IMG/VR virus record: IMGVR_UViG_3300012663_000778
Span: 1-43,981 of that record
Direction: 5' to 3' (one strand)
Length of the DNA stretch: 43,981 bases
Source of the DNA: a virus
Taxonomy: Duplodnaviria; Caudoviricetes
Shown: positions 6,289 through 16,003 of the stretch, one piece after another
How the letters are laid out: each line of letters opens with the position of its first letter
How positions within the stretch are numbered: position 1 is the first letter of the stretch
Program-made: the position numbers and the translations under genes
Notes under the pieces: generated by a model
What the model saw: only the letters and a program-made list of their open reading frames with translations
The model's database searches: none
Told to the model about the DNA's origin: nothing

Positions 6289-6394
6289 ACTTGAGTTCAA
6301 AGATAGAGTTAGTTGCGAACTATCTCTTGCTTCCATGCGATGGCAGCTAAAGTTCAAAGATTTTAAGGTAGAAGGCATATGCATACAAAAATAA
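6224..6394 (+). CDS. small secreted or membrane-anchored protein, 56 aa
   Basis: Not in the track. AAGGAG RBS; MWLLILIAVHMKNPQDQPGKIELEFKDRVSCELSLASMRWQLKFKDFKVEGICIQK; overlaps both neighbours. Confidence 0.6.
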   Translation: MWLLILIAVHMKNPQDQPGKIELEFKDRVSCELSLASMRWQLKFKDFKVEGICIQK

Positions 6395-7083
6395 CTATTG
6401 TAGTACCGTGTAAGAATGAAGAAAATTACATAGCACATCTATTAATGCATCTACGTCGTCAAGAAATAGGCGATACCCGAATTATTATTGCGGACTGCTC
6501 AACTGATAATACCAGAGAAGTTATCCGAATAATGAGAGGTGACCTGAACATTGAGATTATTGACGGCGGCCCAGTTAGTGTTGCTAAGAATAAGGGAGCA
6601 CAGTTAGTTACTACTCCGTACATTTTATTTATTGATGCTGATGTACGTTTCTTTAAATCTACTGTTATTCGTGACGCTGTTAATGAAATAATATCAAAAG
6701 ACTTAGATCTTATCGGATTAAACGTTCGTTGCTATGATAAAGACATAAGAGCTAAAATTGGTTTTACTGCCTTTAATTTTATAAATAATATTTTAAAGTA
6801 TAAGTCTCCTTTTGCAGTCGGAGCTTTTATGCTAACTCGTACAGATAAGTTTTGGGAATATGGAGGATTTCCTGAAAAGTTTTTAACATCAGAAGATTTC
6901 TTTCTTTCCAGAAATTACAATCCTAAGAAGTTTAGGCTACTAAAGCAGCACTTTGGTCAAGATTCGCGTAGATTTAAAAAAATGGGATATTTTGGTATGG
7001 CAACTTATTTAATTAAGAATTTCTGGAATAGAAATAATAAAACCTACTGGGATCGTATAGATAACAGTAAGTACTGGAGTTAA
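6379..7083 (+). CDS. GT2 family glycosyltransferase
   Basis: IVVPCKNEE, IIADCSTDNT, LFIDAD (DxD) and SED motifs. Confidence 0.88.
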   Translation: MHTKITIVVPCKNEENYIAHLLMHLRRQEIGDTRIIIADCSTDNTREVIRIMRGDLNIEIIDGGPVSVAKNKGAQLVTTPYILFIDADVRFFKSTVIRDAVNEIISKDLDLIGLNVRCYDKDIRAKIGFTAFNFINNILKYKSPFAVGAFMLTRTDKFWEYGGFPEKFLTSEDFFLSRNYNPKKFRLLKQHFGQDSRRFKKMGYFGMATYLIKNFWNRNNKTYWDRIDNSKYWS

Positions 7084-7084
7084 A

Positions 7085-7474
7085 ATGAGCTACTCAGATA
7101 AAGTCATAGATCACTATGAAAATCCTAGAAATGTCGGTAAGTTTGATCGCTTAGATCCCAGCATAGGTACTGGAATGGTAGGTGCTCCAGCCTGTGGAGA
7201 TGTAATGTGTTTACAAATAAAGGTTGACCATGATACAGGTATTATTACAGATGCGCGTTTTAAAACGTATGGCTGCGGATCGGCTATTGCGAGCTCGAGC
7301 CTTGTTACAGAATGGGTCAAAGGAAAAACTCTTGACGAAGCTGCCTCAATCAAAAACTCCCAAATTGCAGAAGAACTAGCCTTACCACCAGTAAAGATAC
7401 ATTGTTCAATTTTAGCAGAAGATGCTATAAAGGCGGCCATAAATGATTATAGTAACAGATTCAGCAAAGTCTAA
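7085..7474 (+). CDS. iscU: Fe-S cluster scaffold protein IscU
   Basis: YSDKVIDHYENPRNVG, GAPACGD, FKTYGCGSAIASSS, LPPVKIHCS. Confidence 0.95.
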   Translation: MSYSDKVIDHYENPRNVGKFDRLDPSIGTGMVGAPACGDVMCLQIKVDHDTGIITDARFKTYGCGSAIASSSLVTEWVKGKTLDEAASIKNSQIAEELALPPVKIHCSILAEDAIKAAINDYSNRFSKV

Positions 7475-7769
7475 GATATTAGATATACTACTAGAAGAAA
7501 ATAAGCCTGACATTTACCTTAGAACATTTGTTCAAGGTGGCGGATGTTCAGGTTTCAACTACGGATTTACTATTGAAGAAAACGTTAACTCAGATGATTT
7601 TGAAGTTGAGTTAGATAGTAAATTTAAAATACTAATTGATGCTATTAGTATGCAGTACTTAAGTGGATGTACTATAGATTATAAAGGTTCTTTTATGTCA
7701 AAAGAGTTTGTTATAACCAATCCAAATGCTAAACATACCTGCGGGTGTGGAAGTAGTTTCGCAGTATAA
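7443..7769 (+). CDS. erpA: A-type Fe-S carrier protein (ErpA/IscA, HesB family)
   Basis: FVQGGGCSGFNYGFT and NPNAKHTCGCGSSF; three conserved Cys. ErpA rather than IscA is my judgement from the motif context. Confidence 0.85.
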   Translation: MIIVTDSAKSKILDILLEENKPDIYLRTFVQGGGCSGFNYGFTIEENVNSDDFEVELDSKFKILIDAISMQYLSGCTIDYKGSFMSKEFVITNPNAKHTCGCGSSFAV

Positions 7770-7776
7770 GGTAACA

Positions 7777-9102
7777 ATGCTTAAAATTTCTAGATCTGAT
7801 ATTGACTCAGAATCAATAACAGAATTCCCAGCTGATCGTAGGTTTATTAAATTACCTATTATCAACTATCTTAAACTGCTTCCATCATATGATCCTGAAA
7901 CAGGCGTGAGTACCACAGCCTGGGATCAAGTTAATAGAGCGCAAATAGCTCTTATAAATGCAGTTAACAATCCTAAATATCGCTTTGTCTGTGCAGCTCT
8001 TGCTCGCAGACTTGGCAAAACCTATATAGCTAATGTTATTGGTCAACTAGTAATGTTGGTTCCTGGATGTAATATTCTTATTATATCCCCCAACTATACC
8101 TTATCGTCAATCTCATTTGAACTACAACGTAGACTTATTCGCAGTTTTGACCTAGAAGTTGAACGAGATAACGTAAAAGATAAAATCCTTGAATTAACTA
8201 ACGGATCAACTATTCGCTTAGGTAGTTTGTCAACTGTAGACTCATGCGTAGGTCGCTCATATGACCTTATCATATTTGATGAGGCAGCCTTAGGTGATGG
8301 CGAAGCTGCATTTAATGTTGCTCTTCGACCTACACTAGACCGTCCCGGATCAAAAGCAATCTTTATATCTACTCCTCGTGGCAAGAACAACTGGTTCAGT
8401 CGCTTCTTTGATCGTGGTTTTTCAGATAAATATCCTGAGTGGGCTTCAATTACAGCAGACTATACTGAAAATCAGCGTATGAGTGAAAGCGATGTTCAAG
8501 AAGCTCGTACAGTTATGTCAAAAGCTGAATTTGAACAAGAATACATGGCTTCATTCTCTACTTACGAAGGACAGATATTTCAGTTTGATGAAGAACGATT
8601 CCTTGCAGAATACGAAGCCGATGACGGAGATGAAATTATTGCAGGACTTGATCCTGGATATAAAGATCCAACAGCATTTGTGGTCATAATTTATAAAGCA
8701 AAGTACGACTCGTATCACATTGTAGATGAATATCAAGAATCACAGTCTACTACTGAGGGTCACGTTGAAAAGATGCGTGAGTTAATAGACAAATGGAACA
8801 TAGAAACCATATTCATTGACTCAGCTGCAGCTCAATTTGCTGCTGACCTTGCTTACACTTATGATATTGCTACTATTAAGGCTAAGAAATCAGTTCTTGA
8901 CGGATTAGCAATGGTTGCAAATCTTGTAGAACAGGGTAGAGTAAAAGTCTCTCCTCACTGTGAACACATTCGTATTATGTTTAACGAGTACCGCTGGGAT
9001 CATAAAACCAATCTGGTTAAAGAACGCCCTGAACACGGTATGGCTTCTCACTGCGCTGACGCTGTCAGATATGCTATTTATACTTTCACCACTGGTGGTT
9101 GA
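7777..9102 (+). CDS. terL: terminase large subunit (T5-like)
   Basis: Walker A ARRLGKT, Walker B IIFDEAA, ISTPRG, nuclease GLDPG and HCADAVRY; start at 7777 after AAGG. Confidence 0.93.
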   Translation: MLKISRSDIDSESITEFPADRRFIKLPIINYLKLLPSYDPETGVSTTAWDQVNRAQIALINAVNNPKYRFVCAALARRLGKTYIANVIGQLVMLVPGCNILIISPNYTLSSISFELQRRLIRSFDLEVERDNVKDKILELTNGSTIRLGSLSTVDSCVGRSYDLIIFDEAALGDGEAAFNVALRPTLDRPGSKAIFISTPRGKNNWFSRFFDRGFSDKYPEWASITADYTENQRMSESDVQEARTVMSKAEFEQEYMASFSTYEGQIFQFDEERFLAEYEADDGDEIIAGLDPGYKDPTAFVVIIYKAKYDSYHIVDEYQESQSTTEGHVEKMRELIDKWNIETIFIDSAAAQFAADLAYTYDIATIKAKKSVLDGLAMVANLVEQGRVKVSPHCEHIRIMFNEYRWDHKTNLVKERPEHGMASHCADAVRYAIYTFTTGG

Positions 9103-9137
9103 TCACCACCAGTTTCTAAACCTAACCAACTATAAAA

Positions 9138-10814
9138 ATGAAATTTCGTTTCCATATTCTCGGACTTCCACATACAGTAACAAATAAAGACTATGTAGCT
9201 TGTGCATACACACAAAAAGTTTTAAAGTTTGCAAAAATGATGCGTGCTCGTGGGCATCACGTTACGCATTACGGGCATGAAGACTCACAATTAGATTGTG
9301 ATGAACACGTTACAGTTATTACTAATGAAGATTTAGATAAGTCATACGGCAGTCACGACTGGCGTAAAAACTTCTTTAAGTTTGACATGAATGATCATGC
9401 TTATCAAACTTTCTTTAAAAATGCTATTAAGGAAATTGCACTACGCAAACAGCCATTAGATTTCTTACTTCCTTTTTGGGGAGCAGGAGTTCGACCTATC
9501 TGTGACGCGCACTCAGACATGATTGTAGTAGAGCCAGGAATTGGTTATGCATCAGGACATTGGGCACGTTGGAAGATTTTTGAGTCATATGCTATTTATC
9601 ATGCATACTATGGATTACAGTCAGTAGCTACTTGCAAACAAGACTGGTATGATTGTGTAATTCCAAACTACTTTGATCCTGATGATTTTGAATTCAGAGA
9701 AAAGAAGTCAGACTACTTCTTATTCTTAGGTCGTGTGTATGAAGGTAAAGGTGTTCATATTGCTGTACAAGCTACACAAGCAATTGGAGCCAAATTAATT
9801 ATAGCTGGACAAAATCCAGATAATTTAACATTCCCAGACCACGTAGAGTTTGTGGGCTATGCAGATCAAGCTAAACGTCGTGAACTAATGGCTGGTGCTA
9901 AAGGAGCTTTTGTTCCTAGTATGTACATTGAGCCTTTTGGTGGCGTACAGATGGAATTGTTATTTTCAGGAACTCCTACAATAACAACAGATTGGGGTTC
10001 GTTTGCTGAGAACAATCTTCACGGCAAAACAGGATATCGTTGCCGTACATTTGATCACTTTGTATGGGCTGCGCAAAATATTGACAGAATCGATCCTAGA
10101 GCGTGTAGGCAGTGGGCTGAGAACTTCTCCTTGGAAAAGGTAGCTCCTATGTATGAGGAGTTTTTTGAAGAGATTATGAATGTTTATACCAATAAAGGTT
10201 GGTATGAGCGTAAATATGATCGTCAAGATCTTGAATGGCTAAAACGCGATGTACCTAATTATCCAGAACGTTTAAACTTTGCGTATATGCAAGCAGAAGA
10301 AAAACCTTTTGCAGATCGTTTAGCTACTTGGGTCAAGCAAGAATTAAAACCCGCAACACTATTAGATATTGGTTGTGGTCCAGGACATTTTGTAAACTCG
10401 TTTCGTTCAGAAGGTATCGACGCCCGTGGCTTAGATATTGATGATCGCGTACATGGTAAAGCTTACCTTGAATATAAGAGTCTTTTTGATATTGAAGCAG
10501 AGTCTGCTGACGTAGTTGTTTGTATGGAAGTAGCTGAACATATTGAACAAGAACGCGAAGAAGAAGTAGTAGCTAAAGTAGCACAAACAGTCAAAAATAC
10601 TTTAATATGGACAGCTGCAGCTATAGGTCAAGGTGGTATAGGTCATATCAACTGTAAAGATAAAGAACAGTGGGCAGATCTGTTAACTGCTGCAGGTTTA
10701 CGCCGTAATCATGAACGTGAAGGTCAGCTAATATTAGATATGCGTAAAGGATACCATATGGGCTGGTTTACTCAGAATCTATTATATTTTGAGCGAGTCA
10801 AAGATGAAGTATGA
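9138..10814 (+). CDS. GT4 (GT-B) glycosyltransferase fused to a class I SAM-dependent methyltransferase
   Basis: [10 protein letters not shown] and EPFGGVQME (E-x7-E) in the N-terminal part; LDIGCGPG and CMEVAEHI in the C-terminal part. Confidence 0.85.
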   Translation: MKFRFHILGLPHTVTNKDYVACAYTQKVLKFAKMMRARGHHVTHYGHEDSQLDCDEHVTVITNEDLDKSYGSHDWRKNFFKFDMNDHAYQTFFKNAIKEIALRKQPLDFLLPFWGAGVRPICDAHSDMIVVEPGIGYASGHWARWKIFESYAIYHAYYGLQSVATCKQDWYDCVIPNYFDPDDFEFREKKSDYFLFLGRVYEGKGVHIAVQATQAIGAKLIIAGQNPDNLTFPDHVEFVGYADQAKRRELMAGAKGAFVPSMYIEPFGGVQMELLFSGTPTITTDWGSFAENNLHGKTGYRCRTFDHFVWAAQNIDRIDPRACRQWAENFSLEKVAPMYEEFFEEIMNVYTNKGWYERKYDRQDLEWLKRDVPNYPERLNFAYMQAEEKPFADRLATWVKQELKPATLLDIGCGPGHFVNSFRSEGIDARGLDIDDRVHGKAYLEYKSLFDIEAESADVVVCMEVAEHIEQEREEEVVAKVAQTVKNTLIWTAAAIGQGGIGHINCKDKEQWADLLTAAGLRRNHEREGQLILDMRKGYHMGWFTQNLLYFERVKDEV

Positions 10815-11409
10815 TTACGTTGATATAGGAACCTGTGACTTTGATACAGCACACGATGTAGCCAAGCCAGGGGAGCGTGTGCTGTTAGTAGAGCCAGTTC
10901 AATACTATCTAGACAGAATTGCAAATCGCGAATATCAAATTAAAGCTAATGTTGCTATTTCAGCCGCATCAGGCAGAGTACCTGTGTACTATGTACCCGA
11001 TGTTAGTATTCATCTGTTTGACTTACCCAGTTGGGCTCGTGGATGTAACTCTATTGGTACTAGACACCCTACTATTGATAGACTATTACAAGACCGAAAG
11101 TTACCTCTTAATATAGTTAATAAAACTGAAGTTGAAGTAATAACTTTCAGAGAGCTGTGTACTCGATATTCTGTAACTGCAATCAATAAGCTTAAAATTG
11201 ACACCGAAGGTCACGAAACCTTTATTATGCCCACTATACTAGAAATGGTCAAGGAGGGTATGTACATTGAAGAAATTAAATTTGAAAATCAAGAAAGCTT
11301 GGGAAACAAACCGTTCTTAGATATCCTTGCACAAGAGTTTGTAAAGCTAGGTTTCTATGAAATTACCCAAGTTACAAATATGGATACAACTTTACAAATA
11401 ATTAAATGA
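10804..11409 (+). CDS. FkbM-family methyltransferase
   Basis: [25 protein letters not shown]. Confidence 0.75.
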   Translation: MKYDYVDIGTCDFDTAHDVAKPGERVLLVEPVQYYLDRIANREYQIKANVAISAASGRVPVYYVPDVSIHLFDLPSWARGCNSIGTRHPTIDRLLQDRKLPLNIVNKTEVEVITFRELCTRYSVTAINKLKIDTEGHETFIMPTILEMVKEGMYIEEIKFENQESLGNKPFLDILAQEFVKLGFYEITQVTNMDTTLQIIK

Positions 11410-12215
11410 AAAAAATATTAGTAACAGGAAATTCGGGATATATAGGTTCTCATTTATCTAAGCTGTTAACTGAATCTGGGTATGAAGTTCATGGATTAGA
11501 TCTTAACTTACCAGAATATAAACCATATAAGCATTATCGGTTAAATGTTAAACGTGAAACAACAGGATTTCAACAATTTGACTGCATCGTACACTTAGCA
11601 GCCTTAGTACAAGTTGGTGAGTCTAAACGTTCACCTTCACAATACTATAAAACAAATACCCTTGGCACTATTAATATGCTGAGCATACCTCATGATAATT
11701 TTATATTTGCTAGTACTGGCTGTGCTCCTGCGTGCGAAAGCCCTTATGCAATAAGTAAATTAGCAGCTGAGCAATGCATAGAGCAATTAGCACGTAAAAA
11801 TTATACTATATTTAGATTTTACAATGTTATAGGCAGTTCCGGATTTGCAGCTACAAATCCAGATGGTCTTATGTCACAGTTGGTCAAAGCTAAAGAAAAT
11901 GGTAAGTTTACTATATATGGTACTGACTACAATACTAAAGACGGTACTGCTGTTCGTGACTATGTACACGTTGACGAGATATGCAAGGCAATAGCACTAG
12001 CCATCGAGACTCCCGCAAACTCTACAGAGAATTTAGGGCACGGACAAGGTTATACAGTTCGAGAAATAGTTGATCAATTTCAGTCTACTAATCGCTGTAA
12101 TTTTGAAGTCCTATCTGGTCCACGTAGACAAGGTGATTTAGAGAGTTCAGTATTGGATAAGCCTTCTCGATATATTAAAAAACTCTACGACATAAATCAA
12201 CTTTTAGCTATCTAG
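11406..12215 (+). CDS. galE: NAD-dependent epimerase (UDP-glucose 4-epimerase GalE-like)
   Basis: VTGNSGYIGSH, HLAA, YAISK (YxxxK), DGTAVRDYVHV, RRQGD. Confidence 0.8.
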   Translation: MKKILVTGNSGYIGSHLSKLLTESGYEVHGLDLNLPEYKPYKHYRLNVKRETTGFQQFDCIVHLAALVQVGESKRSPSQYYKTNTLGTINMLSIPHDNFIFASTGCAPACESPYAISKLAAEQCIEQLARKNYTIFRFYNVIGSSGFAATNPDGLMSQLVKAKENGKFTIYGTDYNTKDGTAVRDYVHVDEICKAIALAIETPANSTENLGHGQGYTVREIVDQFQSTNRCNFEVLSGPRRQGDLESSVLDKPSRYIKKLYDINQLLAI

Positions 12216-12232
12216 GAATAAAAATTTATATA

Positions 12233-12261
12233 TTGACTTATACTTCCTATCATGATATAAT
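12233..12261 (+). promoter_or_regulatory. sigma70 late promoter for the head genes
   Basis: AAAAATTT tract, then TTGACT-17 bp-TATAAT with TGn. Confidence 0.8.
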
Positions 12262-12291
12262 AGGAGCAATTAAAAGGTACATAATAAATTT

Positions 12292-12723
12292 ATGGCAAAA
12301 AACACTGGTAACAAACGTATCCCGGTTAAACACGTTAGAGATAAAGCTAAAGCAGCGTATCAAAAACAGGACCACTGTTATGTCTGTGGTACTGAGCAAG
12401 ATTTAGAACTGCATCACTTTCACTCTGTTACAATCTTGCTTGAGAATTGGGCTAAGGTAAAGCAGTATGATATTTCTACTGATGATGGAATATTGGCAGT
12501 AAGAGACGAGTTTATAGCAGAGCACCGAACAGAACTTTATGAACTGGTAAGGACTTTGTGTAATAAACATCACGTTAACTTACATAAGATATTTGGTAAA
12601 GCCCCAGCGTCTAATTCTGTTGAGCGTCAAGCTCGATGGGTTGATATACAAAGGGACAAGCATCAAGGTAAAGAAGTCACTACTAAAACTACTACAGGTT
12701 CGTTTTTTGGCGCCTTTACCTAA
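12292..12723 (+). CDS. HNH endonuclease (T5 nicking-endonuclease-like)
   Basis: CYVCG..LELHH..TLCNKHHVNLH; sits immediately before the portal, as in T5. Confidence 0.8.
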   Translation: MAKNTGNKRIPVKHVRDKAKAAYQKQDHCYVCGTEQDLELHHFHSVTILLENWAKVKQYDISTDDGILAVRDEFIAEHRTELYELVRTLCNKHHVNLHKIFGKAPASNSVERQARWVDIQRDKHQGKEVTTKTTTGSFFGAFT

Positions 12724-12731
12724 GGTAAAAT

Positions 12732-13922
12732 ATGGCATGGTACAATAATGTAGGTGCGTGGGTTAGAGAAAAACTAAATCCCGCACAAGAGATAATTCGA
12801 AGAGAACAAGGCGTAAACATCGGCTCAGCAGCTGCTTTCAGCTACAGAGTCGCCTTCCAAAAACTAGAATCAGTTAATAGAGGTACTAACATGTTGGTTA
12901 GTGCTTGTGCTAGTTTAGATTACGATGTAAAGAATAAACTAAGTACTGATGTAGCGTCAGGAATTAGACAAAAGACACTATTAAATTTATTAAATTATAA
13001 CCCTAACCCATTTCAGTCAGCACAAGAATTTAGAACCGCTATATTTTCAGACTTAGTTCTTGATGGTAATATATTTATGTATTACGATGGAGCACACTTA
13101 TATCACCTACCTGCTACCAATGTACAGATACAGCCTGACGAAAAAACATTTATAAAAAGCTATACTTATAATAACAGTATAGTTTTTAAACCAACAGAAA
13201 TTATACATATAAAAGATTTAAATAGTGAATCTATATATCGTGGAGCAAGTAGACTTGAGTCTGCCTCACGTTCTATGCAAATTATGTATAAGATGCAAAA
13301 TTTCCAAGACTCGTTTTTTGAAAATGGAGCAATACCTGGAATAGTGCTAACAAGTGATAACACGCTTAGTGCACAAGCAAAAGAAAAAACTATTCAAAAC
13401 TGGACTGCAAAATACAATCCAAAAAATGGGGCTAAACGTCCTATGATTCTGGATAGTGGACTAAAACCTTCTAATCTATTAAATACTAGTTTCCAAGACA
13501 TGGACTTTGATAATTCTATTAAGTCTCATGATTCAAAAATCTTAAAAGCAATCGGAGTTCCTCCTATTCTTTTAGATGGAGGAAATAACGCAAATATATC
13601 GCCCAATTTAAGATTATTTTACTTAGAAACAGTTATGCCTACAATACGTAGGTACACTTCTGCCCTAGAAAGATACTTCGGCTACGATATAGATGCAATA
13701 ACATCTAATGTTAGCAGTTTACAGCCAGAATTAAAAGACATAGCAACCTATCACTCTACATTAGTTAATGCAGGAATACTGACACCTAATGAGGCTCGTG
13801 AAGAATTACGCTACGCAAAGATTGCAGGTATGGACGAAATTAGAATTCCAGCTAATATAGCTGGTTCTGCCGTCGATCCTTCGCAAGGTGGGGCCCCTAC
13901 TAAAGACAGTGCGGGCAATTAA
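12732..13922 (+). CDS. portal protein (HK97/T5 type)
   Basis: PNPFQS, DLVLDGN, IIHIKD, FFENGA, GVPPILL, LTPNEARE. Confidence 0.93.
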   Translation: MAWYNNVGAWVREKLNPAQEIIRREQGVNIGSAAAFSYRVAFQKLESVNRGTNMLVSACASLDYDVKNKLSTDVASGIRQKTLLNLLNYNPNPFQSAQEFRTAIFSDLVLDGNIFMYYDGAHLYHLPATNVQIQPDEKTFIKSYTYNNSIVFKPTEIIHIKDLNSESIYRGASRLESASRSMQIMYKMQNFQDSFFENGAIPGIVLTSDNTLSAQAKEKTIQNWTAKYNPKNGAKRPMILDSGLKPSNLLNTSFQDMDFDNSIKSHDSKILKAIGVPPILLDGGNNANISPNLRLFYLETVMPTIRRYTSALERYFGYDIDAITSNVSSLQPELKDIATYHSTLVNAGILTPNEAREELRYAKIAGMDEIRIPANIAGSAVDPSQGGAPTKDSAGN

Positions 13923-13933
13923 TAAGGAGTCAT

Positions 13934-15922
13934 ATGGATAAAAATAAAGTATTATATGTAAATAGTACTTTTACTAAAGCTGCTCCTGCAAACGATGAAC
14001 CAACGGATTCTATTTATATTGAAGGGTACGCAAGTACCACAGATGTGGATAGACAAGGGGATATAGTTCCTGCCAGCGTTTGGGAAGCAGGACTTAAAAA
14101 TTACCTCAGAAATCCTATCATATTAGCACAACATGATCATGACGATCCTGTAGGGCGTATGGTACAACATAGGATTGACAGCAGTGGTTTATGGATTAAA
14201 GCTAGAATTTCGGCGGCAGCTGAAATTTATAATTTAGTAAAAGATGGGGTTTTAACCGCATTTAGCGTTGGATTCAGAGTACTTGATGCTGAATATAATG
14301 CTGCAACCGAGTTATTTGTTATCAAGAAACTAGAACTAGTGGAAATTTCCGTAGTTTCAGTACCTGCTAATCAAAATACTCTATTTAGTTTGTCTAAGGC
14401 ATTTAACGATGCTGATGAGTATAATCAATTTAAATCGCAGTTTGCACCCAAAAGCGAATCAGCTAAAGGGCTAGAATCCTCAACGGAAGCAAACGGCACA
14501 TCACAAAAGGAATGGAAAATGAATCCAGAAGAAATTAAACAAATGGTTGCAGACGCAGCAAGAGCCGCAGTTGAACAAACAACTAAAGCAATGCAAGAAG
14601 CAGCATCAGCTCAAGCCGAAACTGAGCGCACAAAAGCCGCTGAAGAAGCCGCCCTAGAAGCACGTATTAACGCCCGCGTTAAAGCTGCTGTAGAAGCCGC
14701 TACTCCAGCAGCAGTAATTCAATCCGGTGAGTCAGGTGCAGAGCGTCTACTAGCCGAAGTTGAAAAACGCTTCGAAGAGCAGTCACAAACAACTAAGCAA
14801 GTATTAGACAGCCTACAATCAGCTCTAGCTGAAAAGTCAGCTGAAATTGCAGCTATCCAAAAGTCAAAAATGGCTTTTGCAGACAAGTCTGCTGCTGACG
14901 GTGTAACATACCAAGAAAAAGAGCAAGCAGTTATGCTTGCAACTATCATGGGCAAGTCAATGGACCAAACCAAATTTGGACGCGCACTGTTAGAGAAATC
15001 TAGTTTTGCTCACATTCCAGGTTCAACAGGTCTACCATGGGAACAAGAAGTACAGTTGACAATGGAAGAAGCATTACGCCGCAAGCTAGTTATTGCTCCT
15101 ATCTTCCGTCAAATCCCAATGAAAACCAATGTATTAAGTATCCCTGTAAATCCTGAAGTTGGATCTGCAAGCTGGGTTACAACATTCAGTGGCGGTACTG
15201 CTCTAGAATCAGGCTCTGGCGGTTCAGCTGTTGCTCACAAGCTAGCTGAAGTTACTCTAAATTCCTACAAAGTAGCGACAAAAGAGTATGTTGGATACGA
15301 AGAAGAAGAAGATTCTTTACTAATTCTTCTACCTATGATTCGTGATGCTATGGTTCGTCGTTGCGCTAAAGCAATTGACGGCGCATTACTAACAGGTGAC
15401 GGTTCCACAGTACCTATCACTGGTTTAGCTTCTCGTGCTGGTACTTCTGGTACTAACGCAGCTCTACTACAAACAGTAGCTAACGGTGCAGTAAGCATTG
15501 CTAAACTACGTGGACTACGTGCTCAATTAGGCAACTATGGTATCGATCCAGCTGACGTAGCATACATCGTTAATAACGATACATACTACGATCTATTAGA
15601 AGATACAACATTCATGACAATGGAAAAAGTTGGTCCTTTAGCTACTGTTATCACTGGTCAAGTTGGTATGATTGCTGGTTCCCCAGTTATCGCCACAGGA
15701 GAACTAGCTGCCAAAGCTACTGGTGCTGTCACTGCATTGACTAACATTGCTGCTCTTGCAGTTTATGTTCCTAACTTCTTAGTTGGATCACAACGCGGTC
15801 TACGCATTGATACACAAGAGTTAGCAGCTGAACAAGCTCGTGTAATGGTTGCTTCTATGCGTGTTGGCATGACACAAATTACAGCTAGCCAGGGTGTTAA
15901 AGCCCTTCGTTGGACAGCTTAA
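13934..15922 (+). CDS. prohead protease fused in frame to the major capsid protein (HK97 fold with coiled-coil delta domain)
   Basis: N-terminal IEGYAST..DRQGD..QHDH..AFSVGF..EISVVSVPAN protease; Ala/Glu-rich scaffold from Met196; capsid domain with YEEEEDS. Confidence 0.9.
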   Translation: MDKNKVLYVNSTFTKAAPANDEPTDSIYIEGYASTTDVDRQGDIVPASVWEAGLKNYLRNPIILAQHDHDDPVGRMVQHRIDSSGLWIKARISAAAEIYNLVKDGVLTAFSVGFRVLDAEYNAATELFVIKKLELVEISVVSVPANQNTLFSLSKAFNDADEYNQFKSQFAPKSESAKGLESSTEANGTSQKEWKMNPEEIKQMVADAARAAVEQTTKAMQEAASAQAETERTKAAEEAALEARINARVKAAVEAATPAAVIQSGESGAERLLAEVEKRFEEQSQTTKQVLDSLQSALAEKSAEIAAIQKSKMAFADKSAADGVTYQEKEQAVMLATIMGKSMDQTKFGRALLEKSSFAHIPGSTGLPWEQEVQLTMEEALRRKLVIAPIFRQIPMKTNVLSIPVNPEVGSASWVTTFSGGTALESGSGGSAVAHKLAEVTLNSYKVATKEYVGYEEEEDSLLILLPMIRDAMVRRCAKAIDGALLTGDGSTVPITGLASRAGTSGTNAALLQTVANGAVSIAKLRGLRAQLGNYGIDPADVAYIVNNDTYYDLLEDTTFMTMEKVGPLATVITGQVGMIAGSPVIATGELAAKATGAVTALTNIAALAVYVPNFLVGSQRGLRIDTQELAAEQARVMVASMRVGMTQITASQGVKALRWTA

Positions 15923-15932
15923 TTCGTTAAGT

Positions 15933-15958
15933 AAGACAGGACTTCGGTCCTGTCTTTT
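15933..15958 (+). terminator. intrinsic terminator after the capsid gene
   Basis: AAGACAGGAC-TTCG-GTCCTGTCTT-TT. Confidence 0.8.
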
Positions 15959-16003
15959 ACATATCTTGCTAGTCAGGATATGTAAAAGACAAAAGGAAAC
16001 AGT

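Noticed and set aside
7777-13922. Intein or intron in terminase or portal; HNH gene as a homing element
   Set aside because: Terminase and portal have ordinary lengths with no splice motifs, and the HNH gene occupies the conserved T5 position before the portal.
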